From a virus (lineage: Duplodnaviria; Caudoviricetes), in IMG/VR virus record IMGVR_UViG_3300036671_000177, positions 1 through 57,427 of that record: 57,427 bases of DNA; one strand, given 5' to 3'. Positions 49,607 through 57,256 of this stretch are shown piece after piece (position 1 is the first letter of the stretch; the number at the start of each line of letters is the position of its first letter). The position numbers were made by a program, and so were the translations under genes. Below the pieces are notes generated by a model. That model saw only the letters and a list, made by a program, of their open reading frames with translations. It did no database searches and was not told the DNA's origin.

Positions 49607-49656
49607 GAGTTTTATAAAAAGCAAAACTCTTCTCTAAAGTTGTTGTTTATAGTTTA

Positions 49657-50250
49657 TTAAAGAGTGTTCCATTTAAAAAATGGTCTATATGTTTCTAAGT
49701 CTATAACGTTTGGATCTACCCACCAGTCTTCATGTATTTCTCTTACTACTAAAGAATAACCAAGCGAGTCTAAAATTTCTCTTTGTGCATCCCTCATTGC
49801 TGTATTTCTCCAATACATATTTGCATCATGCTCAAAAGTAATAACAGAAAACCTATACTTGTTCAGTGGAACAGAAATCAATCCGTGCAAAGAAAGGTAG
49901 GCATTTCCTTGAGGTCTTCCATTAAGTTTATATCCAGAGTCAATATCTACCTGTAAGTAGTCTATTTGATCTGGAAAATTATTTTCTTGAAAATATTTTA
50001 TATAATCAAATTTTGTTGCATCACCAAGGACACATGGATTTTTTCTATTTTTTGAAACTTCTTTATGTAGTTCTGGGACTATCTCAAATGAAACACCAGA
50101 CCAATCAAATTCATTCTCAAGTCTATAGGTATTACTTCCATTTATAGAGTGTGCAGCACCTAGTTCTACATAGTATCCGTTTTTTTTATTATTTAACACA
50201 TTTAAAACAAACTGCTCTTGCTCACTAAACTGTTGATGGTGCAAGGGCAT
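49657..50250 (-). CDS. FkbM-like SAM-dependent methyltransferase
   Basis: SEQEQFV, GYYVELGA...GSNT, W.GVSFE, IDYLQVDID, VITFEHD and EDWW. The start is likely MPLHHQ. Confidence 0.75.
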   Translation of the reverse strand: MPLHHQQFSEQEQFVLNVLNNKKNGYYVELGAAHSINGSNTYRLENEFDWSGVSFEIVPELHKEVSKNRKNPCVLGDATKFDYIKYFQENNFPDQIDYLQVDIDSGYKLNGRPQGNAYLSLHGLISVPLNKYRFSVITFEHDANMYWRNTAMRDAQREILDSLGYSLVVREIHEDWWVDPNVIDLETYRPFFKWNTL

Positions 50251-50251
50251 T

Positions 50252-50881
50252 TTAGTGAATCCAGTGTTGTGGAACCATAATCTTTTCACCACTCTTAACT
50301 AGATGAGCAGTGTGATGGTACGGTGGTGATGGAGGAAACACAATGATGCTTCCTGCTTTTGGTTTTACTGCAAAAGTGTAGACTTTGTTTTTTTCTGCTT
50401 CTGCAAAATCTGCTTCTGGACTTGCATTTTGTAAAACTCCATCTGGTGAAGCAATAGTAAAAGAAATTTCTCCGCCTTCGTAATCATCATTAAGATACAT
50501 AACAAAAGAAACCTTTAGCCTTTCGTCACCTTCTTGTTGGTCAAAGTGTGCACCCATAAAGGTTCCTGGTTGATACTTTTTAATTGGATACTGAGGAAAG
50601 AGTTTTGGCTCATCCGTAATTCCTTGCGCCTTAGCATAATCTCTTGCTACATCATCAAATGCTTTTTGCAAGGTTTCATAAATATATTTATTTTTTTCAT
50701 CTGTTTCTGATGTTAAAGTAATGGTCTTGTCTGTTCCATAAACATATGCTTGACCACTACAAGCCATCCATTCACCCCAGGGGTTCTTGTTGTCATCTTC
50801 AATTGCATTTATTAATTTCTTAGGATCCTCAATTACATTTGTGTAATAGTAAACCTTTTCTTCAAGTATCTCTCTATTCAT
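50252..50881 (-). CDS. 2OG-Fe(II) dioxygenase, prolyl 4-hydroxylase-like
   Basis: HFD...YLNDDYEGGEI...FP...YHH...K facial triad. Confidence 0.88.
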   Translation of the reverse strand: MNREILEEKVYYYTNVIEDPKKLINAIEDDNKNPWGEWMACSGQAYVYGTDKTITLTSETDEKNKYIYETLQKAFDDVARDYAKAQGITDEPKLFPQYPIKKYQPGTFMGAHFDQQEGDERLKVSFVMYLNDDYEGGEISFTIASPDGVLQNASPEADFAEAEKNKVYTFAVKPKAGSIIVFPPSPPYHHTAHLVKSGEKIMVPQHWIH

Positions 50882-50889
50882 TATTCCCC

Positions 50890-51552
50890 CTAGTATTTAT
50901 TGTTTTCGTAAAAGTTTTTAAGTTTTATAAAACCAACAAGAACATACCTAATTGGTCCTTCTCCAACATGTCTTACTCCGTGCTCATACTCTTCGTTTCC
51001 TGGAAAAACAAGAAGAGTTCCTGATTTTGGAACAGGCTCTACTCCTGGTTTATTTTTAAAAAACAAAGTTCCATCTTTATAGTCATCATTAAGATAAAGT
51101 ATCGCTGCATGTCTAATTGATGGGTCTGTGTGTTGATCTGTATGGCTTTTTAGTTCAACTCCAGGCTGCATCCTTTGTAGTGTTGCAAAGCCAGAAAGAT
51201 CTAATTGATCATCTGAAAGAGTAATTAATTTTTGAAGTCTTCCATGAATTGTTCTTGAAATAGCAAGATGACGAATGTCTAAGTTTTTGTCATACCAGTT
51301 ATGTGTTATTTCATATTTTCCTTCAGCAACAAGGTTATCTATGTCGTCTCTTCCAAACTTTTCCATACAAAAGTTTTTTAAACTTTTTTTATATTCTACA
51401 GACCAATCTTCGTCTTTTGTTCCATTAATTAAAGATAGTATTTCTTCTAACTCTTCCTTTAACAAAAAATTTTCAATCATAAGGATCTCTCCTTCAAGGA
51501 TTGTAGGGTTAAACCCTGCATCATCTAACTCTTTCTTTAAAAATATTTCCAT
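50890..51552 (-). CDS. 2OG-Fe(II) dioxygenase, prolyl 4-hydroxylase-like
   Basis: IENFL, HTD...YLNDDYKDG...FPG...HGV...RY. Confidence 0.88.
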   Translation of the reverse strand: MEIFLKKELDDAGFNPTILEGEILMIENFLLKEELEEILSLINGTKDEDWSVEYKKSLKNFCMEKFGRDDIDNLVAEGKYEITHNWYDKNLDIRHLAISRTIHGRLQKLITLSDDQLDLSGFATLQRMQPGVELKSHTDQHTDPSIRHAAILYLNDDYKDGTLFFKNKPGVEPVPKSGTLLVFPGNEEYEHGVRHVGEGPIRYVLVGFIKLKNFYENNKY

Positions 51553-51556
51553 AGTA

Positions 51557-52300
51557 TTACTCCTCCACCTTATACTTATTGCCTTCAGAGTCTATTTTAT
51601 ACCCTTTTTTTAAAATTTCTTGCCATTCTGCTCTTTCAATCTCTTGTTTTGCTCTTGTCTCTTTCATCTCTGCTGCCCAAGAGTCTCTGAGTTCTTGCGG
51701 GTACGCATTTTCTTCTCTATCATCCCAAAATGATCCTATTGTATACCTTACTCCACTAGTAATAAGGGACACTTCGTGCATATTGTTAAATCCCCCGTCA
51801 AAAACGGCAAGCATTCCAACCTTGGGTTGAATTTCTATCTCTTGTCCTGGAAACTTAAGAAGACCACCCTCAAAATCATCATTTAAATATAAAAATCCTG
51901 CATACCTGCTTCTTGTAAATGCCCCCGAGTTTCCTCCTGCATCTGTATTGTCTGAATGAATACGAGCATATGCACCTGGCTCCCATTTTTGAGTGTGATA
52001 ACCAATTTTAGAAATTATTTTTGGATCTAGATCATGAACTGATGCAATTGCTACAGGCACCATATTTTCAATATCTGAAAAAATAGTTGGTACTAGTCCT
52101 GCATCAATAACTTCTTGATCGTTGTCTTGTGGCAAAACAGAAGAATATGACTCATAAAAAGAAATAGGCATCCAAGACATTTTTCCGTTTTCTGCTTGAG
52201 CATCTAAAGCATTTACAATTTTAGAACATTCATCTTTGGTTAAAAAGTCTTCGTAAACAACAATATCTTTTGTTATTCTATTTTTATTATTTAAATTCAT
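51557..52300 (-). CDS. 2OG-Fe(II) dioxygenase, prolyl 4-hydroxylase-like
   Basis: EDFLTKDEC, HSD...YLNDDFEGG...HEV...RYT. Confidence 0.88.
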   Translation of the reverse strand: MNLNNKNRITKDIVVYEDFLTKDECSKIVNALDAQAENGKMSWMPISFYESYSSVLPQDNDQEVIDAGLVPTIFSDIENMVPVAIASVHDLDPKIISKIGYHTQKWEPGAYARIHSDNTDAGGNSGAFTRSRYAGFLYLNDDFEGGLLKFPGQEIEIQPKVGMLAVFDGGFNNMHEVSLITSGVRYTIGSFWDDREENAYPQELRDSWAAEMKETRAKQEIERAEWQEILKKGYKIDSEGNKYKVEE

Positions 52301-53154
52301 TGTATCCTCTTTTCTTTTTTTGCACTCATTTTATTTGGATGGTCGTCTCTAAATTTTTGCATAATTTCTGGTTGCATCTTTTCCCAAACATCTTTGCCAA
52401 ACTCTTCTTCTTTATCAAACCATTCATCAGATCCAACTTCATATTTCATCCAGTACATTCTAGAAATATATTTGTTTTCTCCTTTTGCAGGCATGACTCC
52501 ATGTAAGTATACCTGGCCTTCTTTAGTTAATACGTTTGGATGCCCTGAAGGAAATAATAAAAAATCTCCTGCTTTTGGCTTATACATGTATGCTTCTCCA
52601 TTTACAATAAAGTCAATCTCTCCGCCTTCGTAGTCATCATTAAAATAAGTCAAAGCAGTAATTGCAAACTTGTATCCTGGGCTTATGATTGGCTCTCTAA
52701 TGTAATCAGAGTGATACGTCATAGCAAGTGGGTCATCTGTGTCTGTTTTATATCTTGCTATTGATGGACCGTTAGTGGTCCATTCGTTTGTAGGCTGACC
52801 GTTTTTTTTAATCAAAATTTTGTCTATGTCAAATTCTACATTATTTGTTTTTATATAATGTTCGGTTGCTATGTGAAAATTTTCAAATAGTTCTACGACT
52901 GCATTTTTTTGATCTTTTTCTTTTTTTGTACTTGTTTTTACTTTTTTAAATTCATCGAGGCCCATGGTATATGGATAGTCTTTAAATAACGGATTAACAT
53001 AATCTCCAAAAAAAGACCACTGTGTCCATGGACTAAGAAGGCCTTCGTTATTTTTATTTTTTAAAACTAAAAGAGTGTTGTGTATATCTTTAAAAAGATT
53101 TTTATATACAAAAACTTTAGGATATATTTCAATAAAATCTATGTCTTTATTCAT
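52297..53154 (-). CDS. 2OG-Fe(II) dioxygenase, prolyl 4-hydroxylase-like
   Basis: HSD...YFNDDYEGGEI...FPS...HGV...KY. Confidence 0.88.
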   Translation of the reverse strand: MNKDIDFIEIYPKVFVYKNLFKDIHNTLLVLKNKNNEGLLSPWTQWSFFGDYVNPLFKDYPYTMGLDEFKKVKTSTKKEKDQKNAVVELFENFHIATEHYIKTNNVEFDIDKILIKKNGQPTNEWTTNGPSIARYKTDTDDPLAMTYHSDYIREPIISPGYKFAITALTYFNDDYEGGEIDFIVNGEAYMYKPKAGDFLLFPSGHPNVLTKEGQVYLHGVMPAKGENKYISRMYWMKYEVGSDEWFDKEEEFGKDVWEKMQPEIMQKFRDDHPNKMSAKKEKRIQ

Positions 53155-53828
53155 TATGGCTGTCTTTCCCCAGTGTGCTTAATTATCTCCCAAAAAAATG
53201 GGCATGTAAATCTTAATCCACTTTTAACTTCCGTTACTCCATGAATATAATTTTTGTCTCCTGGGAAAAAATATGCCGATCCCCTTTTTGGCTTAAACTG
53301 CACATTTTGTTTTGGAAAATATAATTCTCCGCCTTCGTAATCATCGTTTAAATAAAATAAACTAGAAATATCATAGTTTGGAAAATCATTAGGTGTTCCA
53401 GCATCTGGCCCTTCATGAAGTTCTTTGTCTGCATGAGGTTTTTGAAATTGTCCTGGAAGCCACTTGACAATTGTAGTTCCTGTAGGGTTAACTTCTACTT
53501 TATAAAAATCCTCAACAATTGGCTTTAATCTTTCAAACAGTCCTGCAATTATCGGAGAAATAGATCGATCATTCTTGTCTAAGGTTGGCTGTGTTGCAAC
53601 TCGATCTTTCCAGTAATCTGAATCATAAACGACTGTTCCATTTTCATTTACATGGCTTTGAGTTACATCCCAAATAGTTAAAGATTTTGCAGCCTTTTCT
53701 AAAAATAACATTTCTTCTTCTGTCATAAAATTTTGTAATTCTACAATCATATCTTTGCTATCTCCAAACCACCCAGAGGGAGTCATTGAAGGCTTTCTTA
53801 CTACAACAGATGAATTTATTTTTTCCAT
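53154..53828 (-). CDS. 2OG-Fe(II) dioxygenase, prolyl 4-hydroxylase-like
   Basis: NFMTEEE, HAD...YLNDDYEGGELYF...HGV...RFT. Confidence 0.9.
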   Translation of the reverse strand: MEKINSSVVVRKPSMTPSGWFGDSKDMIVELQNFMTEEEMLFLEKAAKSLTIWDVTQSHVNENGTVVYDSDYWKDRVATQPTLDKNDRSISPIIAGLFERLKPIVEDFYKVEVNPTGTTIVKWLPGQFQKPHADKELHEGPDAGTPNDFPNYDISSLFYLNDDYEGGELYFPKQNVQFKPKRGSAYFFPGDKNYIHGVTEVKSGLRFTCPFFWEIIKHTGERQP

Positions 53829-53833
53829 GTTTT

Positions 53834-53842
53834 ATTATATCA
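53834..53842 (-). promoter_or_regulatory. Extended -10 promoter TGATATAAT, probably leaderless
   Basis: Lies 5 nt upstream of the ATG at 53828. The same 9-mer occurs at 39173-39181. Confidence 0.6.
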
Positions 53843-53855
53843 CAGGGTTAATGCC

Positions 53856-54311
53856 CTATAAAATCCTATTTATTTCTAGTTGTTTTAAAAATCTGTCTGA
53901 ACTAAATCTCCAGTTATCTTTTGCAAAGGAAGTAACAATTTTTATACATGCTTCTTCATAGTCTTCTTTATTTAATTTATTTTTTAAAGAATGAAGCACT
54001 TCAACTATATCGATATAGTTTTGTCTAACAAAAGATGGATCTCCTGCATGGTTTCTTTTTAAAACTTTTTCAACCTTATTTCCCGATGGATCATATAAAG
54101 ATACGGTTAAATAGTTTTTTGCAAAACCAGCGTCCTGATACATATCATATCCTTCTAAAGCCTGTTTTTCATTATCAAAAGAAATTATTGATCTAACTGG
54201 AGACTCTTCATCTCTAGAAACTGTTATCATATAATGACTAACTTTGCCTTCTTTAGCATTTTTGATATAATTGTTTACCATGTCATCATGCGTAATTTTT
54301 AATTCATTCAT
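53856..54311 (-). CDS. Hypothetical protein within the oxygenase cluster
   Basis: 151-aa ORF with a C-terminal FAKDNWRFSSDRFL motif. Confidence 0.6.
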   Translation of the reverse strand: MNELKITHDDMVNNYIKNAKEGKVSHYMITVSRDEESPVRSIISFDNEKQALEGYDMYQDAGFAKNYLTVSLYDPSGNKVEKVLKRNHAGDPSFVRQNYIDIVEVLHSLKNKLNKEDYEEACIKIVTSFAKDNWRFSSDRFLKQLEINRIL

Positions 54312-55015
54312 TACTTACCCTTATCTTTCACTGTCAGTTTTAAAGTTTTTACTTCATGATACCCAAGAGGCTCTTGTTTTTCATTTACAGCATTTCTATA
54401 CCAATCTGTCCAGTCTCCAGATGAGTTTAACTTTTGTGCTGCACTTCCATAGGATATGTTTGCATCAATTCTTTTTCTATCTTCATCAGAATAATCTACG
54501 ATAGTAATAGTACTGTTGTTTAGTTGACTTAAAGAAATAGGAATTATTGTTGCTACTGGAGTTCCTGCTTTAATTACCGTTTTTTTATTAGGAATCTTTG
54601 CTTTAAGTGCAAGAGGAAGAGGATTATCATAAAATGACGTACTAATCAAAGATGACATTGTTTCAAATTCATCAGTAAAGTAGTTAACTGGATTAATCAT
54701 AAACATACTAACATCTTGTTGTGTTCTAAATATTAGTCCTGTATCAATGCTTATTGATGATTGACCTCTTCCAGAGTAAGCACTTAATGGACTAAATATT
54801 TCAACATGACTTGAACTTTGATCATTTACTCCATCCCAAATAAATTCTATGTCTTCTTTACAAGAAAGACTATAGCCAATAACATTTGCCTGGGTTACTG
54901 GAAAACACCTATAAGCATGATTTTCAGAAGTCTTGTCCATCCAGTCTCTTTTAATAGACATTGGAGAAAGTTCAAAAATTGCTCCTGGCATTTTTTCAAC
55001 AATTATGTCATACAC
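54311..55015 (-). CDS. DUF6065-like protein
   Basis: RDWMDKT...HAYRCFPVTQAN..GY and IKAGTPVATIIP match the DUF6065 pattern from recall. GTG start. Confidence 0.7.
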   Translation of the reverse strand: MYDIIVEKMPGAIFELSPMSIKRDWMDKTSENHAYRCFPVTQANVIGYSLSCKEDIEFIWDGVNDQSSSHVEIFSPLSAYSGRGQSSISIDTGLIFRTQQDVSMFMINPVNYFTDEFETMSSLISTSFYDNPLPLALKAKIPNKKTVIKAGTPVATIIPISLSQLNNSTITIVDYSDEDRKRIDANISYGSAAQKLNSSGDWTDWYRNAVNEKQEPLGYHEVKTLKLTVKDKGK

Positions 55016-55671
55016 TAGTTAGACTCTTCTACGTACATTTCTGGGGTATGAAACTTTTTATTATAATCTAACATCGTGACAATTGAATATTTAATTCCAG
55101 AAGTGACTGGCATTGCTTGGTGAGCATACATGAAGTTTGATGGAAAGATGAATAGGTCTCCTGCTTCTGGCTTAACCTTTAAATCTTGAAGCCTAAAGTA
55201 TAACTCCCCGCCATCATAGTCATCATTTATATAACCAACCAAAGATACAGTGCAGTTATAAGAAAACCCATGGTCGTGGTGCTCCATAAAGTGTTGTCCT
55301 GGCCCATATTTAATAAAATTAAACGCTTCCCAATATTGAAGATTATTAATGTTATACATTCTTGAATAATCCTGAACGACTGGAAGTTTTACATCATACA
55401 GGTCCTGCCATAAAGACTGTAGATTTAGCCCTACAGGACTTTTGTCATGCTCTATGTCTGTTTTTTTATATTTAAAATCATTGCAGTCTCTATAATCTGG
55501 CATCAACTGTTTATACCCAACATATGCAGGCTGCCAACTATAACCAGTTTCGTCTCCTTCTGGTTTTAGATTGGCCTCAATTCTTTCTATAACGTTAATT
55601 TCTTTTTTAATAACATTTTTGTAACAAAAAATACCATTTCCAAGATCTTGTTTTTCTGTCCATGTTTGCAT
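55015..55671 (-). CDS. 2OG-Fe(II) dioxygenase, prolyl 4-hydroxylase-like
   Basis: HHD...YINDDYDGGELYF...FPSNFMYAH...KY. The start is likely MQTWTE. Confidence 0.9.
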   Translation of the reverse strand: MQTWTEKQDLGNGIFCYKNVIKKEINVIERIEANLKPEGDETGYSWQPAYVGYKQLMPDYRDCNDFKYKKTDIEHDKSPVGLNLQSLWQDLYDVKLPVVQDYSRMYNINNLQYWEAFNFIKYGPGQHFMEHHDHGFSYNCTVSLVGYINDDYDGGELYFRLQDLKVKPEAGDLFIFPSNFMYAHQAMPVTSGIKYSIVTMLDYNKKFHTPEMYVEESN

Positions 55672-55681
55672 AATATATTCC

Positions 55682-56458
55682 TTATCTATATTCTCTTCTT
55701 GACCAGACTTTATTTTTATAAATACCGCCATCTGGTTGACGATAAAAGTTTGCGTTATCTACCATTTTATCATACATTTCTGACTGTGCCAAAATCTCAA
55801 GTTCATGACTCCAGTTTTCTCTTTTAAATGGAAGAATTTGCAGGTAAGGCGTTCCTGCTGGAATAGTTCCTTCCCAACCATCTGCAATAAAAAAAGGAAA
55901 ACTTCCAAGAAGATGAACGCTATCTGAATCAACTACTCCTGTTGTATTTATAAATGGAAGATCAAACCTATTCATGGGTGTCATAAATAAGGCACTGTAT
56001 CCCTCTGGTAACTCCAAGCCCCAATCAGCAAACCAAGCAAAATGATGTTTGTAAAATCCTTTTGGATGTTCAAATTGTGGCATTGGCGGTCTTTGAGTAC
56101 AAAAATCTTTATATCTTAAATCTTCAATTTTTACATTAATTATTCCTTGATCATTTTTAAAAAAAACTAAATCGCATGGAGTTTTAAAAACATACCCAGT
56201 TGAAAATGCATCCATGATTGCAGGACAGGCTTTCCATGTTGGAATCTTTCCATAGTCGTCAACAGTTCCTTCTTTAGGAAATGGACAAACCTCTTTTGGC
56301 GCTTTATAATATTCTCCATTTGGCATTTTAGCAAATCTGTCTGCATCTTTGTACCATTCTGGAATAACGCTTTGAGTTGATGAGGGAACGCTGATACTTT
56401 CTTTATTTAACCAAGGCCTAAATGATCTAAATATTGCTAGATTAAGCTTTTCGCTCAC
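55682..56458 (-). CDS. DUF6065-related hypothetical protein (dUTPase-like beta fold suspected)
   Basis: PEWYK, KACPAIMDAFSTGY, PEGYSALF..P.N, GVVDSD and IPAGTPYLQILPFKRE, sharing the C-P..GY and AGTP..P layout with 54311..55015. Confidence 0.6.
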   Translation of the reverse strand: MSEKLNLAIFRSFRPWLNKESISVPSSTQSVIPEWYKDADRFAKMPNGEYYKAPKEVCPFPKEGTVDDYGKIPTWKACPAIMDAFSTGYVFKTPCDLVFFKNDQGIINVKIEDLRYKDFCTQRPPMPQFEHPKGFYKHHFAWFADWGLELPEGYSALFMTPMNRFDLPFINTTGVVDSDSVHLLGSFPFFIADGWEGTIPAGTPYLQILPFKRENWSHELEILAQSEMYDKMVDNANFYRQPDGGIYKNKVWSRREYR

Positions 56459-57171
56459 TACTTATGGCCTAGTTCATTTATGTCTGTCATAACAACAACA
56501 CAGTACTTTGTTCCTGACTCCATAGGCAAAGAGGCATGCTCATATATATAGTTAGAAGGAAAAATGGCAATGTCTCCAACCTTTGGTTTATACACTAGGT
56601 TATCTAGTCTTGGGAACTTTAAGTCCCCACCTTCGTATTCGTCATTAATATAGATAACGGCAGACACAGTACAATTATATGCTGGGCCATGGTCTGCGTG
56701 TATATTAAAATGAGTACCTTTTCCTTCATACTTAACAAAGTTGAATGCTTCATAATATACAACATTTATACCCCAATATTTTGCATAGTCGTCTATACAA
56801 TACTTAAGTTTTTGATATATCTCTTCATGTAGATCTATTAACTCTGAGTTATGCTCATCTCTTGTTCCCAAATTTTCTTGCTTGTATTTAAAATCAACAC
56901 AGTCTCTTGCTTTTTTAATTGGTGTGGTAGAGTTTGTTACTGTTGCTTCAGACCACTTATATTTTTTATTTGTTGATAGGTTTGATTCAAGAATATCAAT
57001 ATATCTATTTGCATCATTTAATGAAAATGTGTTTTGATAAACATGTAGTCCTATTCCTAAGTTTGATACAGAAACATTGTTGTCTAAAAATCTTTTGGCA
57101 ACCCTATTTGACGCTGTTTCGGATCTATCTTTTGTAAACCACGGATTAACATTTTCATCATATATTGACAT
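56458..57171 (-). CDS. 2OG-Fe(II) dioxygenase, prolyl 4-hydroxylase-like
   Basis: HAD...YINDEYEGGDLKF...FPSNYIYEH...KY. The start is likely MSIYDE, with an AGGA RBS. Confidence 0.9.
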   Translation of the reverse strand: MSIYDENVNPWFTKDRSETASNRVAKRFLDNNVSVSNLGIGLHVYQNTFSLNDANRYIDILESNLSTNKKYKWSEATVTNSTTPIKKARDCVDFKYKQENLGTRDEHNSELIDLHEEIYQKLKYCIDDYAKYWGINVVYYEAFNFVKYEGKGTHFNIHADHGPAYNCTVSAVIYINDEYEGGDLKFPRLDNLVYKPKVGDIAIFPSNYIYEHASLPMESGTKYCVVVMTDINELGHK

Positions 57172-57206
57172 TTTATTCCTATCTCTATTAAAGTTTTCTA
57201 AATAAA

Positions 57207-57239
57207 AGTATACCACACCAAGACTCTGATGTGGTATAC
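57207..57239 (-). promoter_or_regulatory. 10-bp inverted repeat (terminator-like) overlapping an extended -10 promoter box for the oxygenase cluster
   Basis: GTATACCACA (57208-57217) pairs with TGTGGTATAC (57230-57239). On the minus strand the 3' arm reads TGTGGTATACT followed by TTTATTT. Confidence 0.6.
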
Positions 57240-57256
57240 CTTACTTAGTTTTTATA

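Noticed and set aside
49565-49656. Cobalamin riboswitch upstream of nrdJ
   Set aside because: The intergenic gap is only ~90 bp and AT-rich, holding just a weak hairpin, a -10 box and an RBS.
389-57137. The many + strand ORFs of 60-200 aa in the track
   Set aside because: They lie antisense to well-supported minus-strand genes and lack recognisable motifs, so they are shadow ORFs.
50252-57171. Oxygenases as TET/JBP or AlkB DNA-modifying enzymes
   Set aside because: The motifs (YLNDDYEGGE.F, FPS...H.V...RY/KY) fit the P4H-like clade, and no DNA methylase or glycosyltransferase is adjacent. This is not excluded experimentally.
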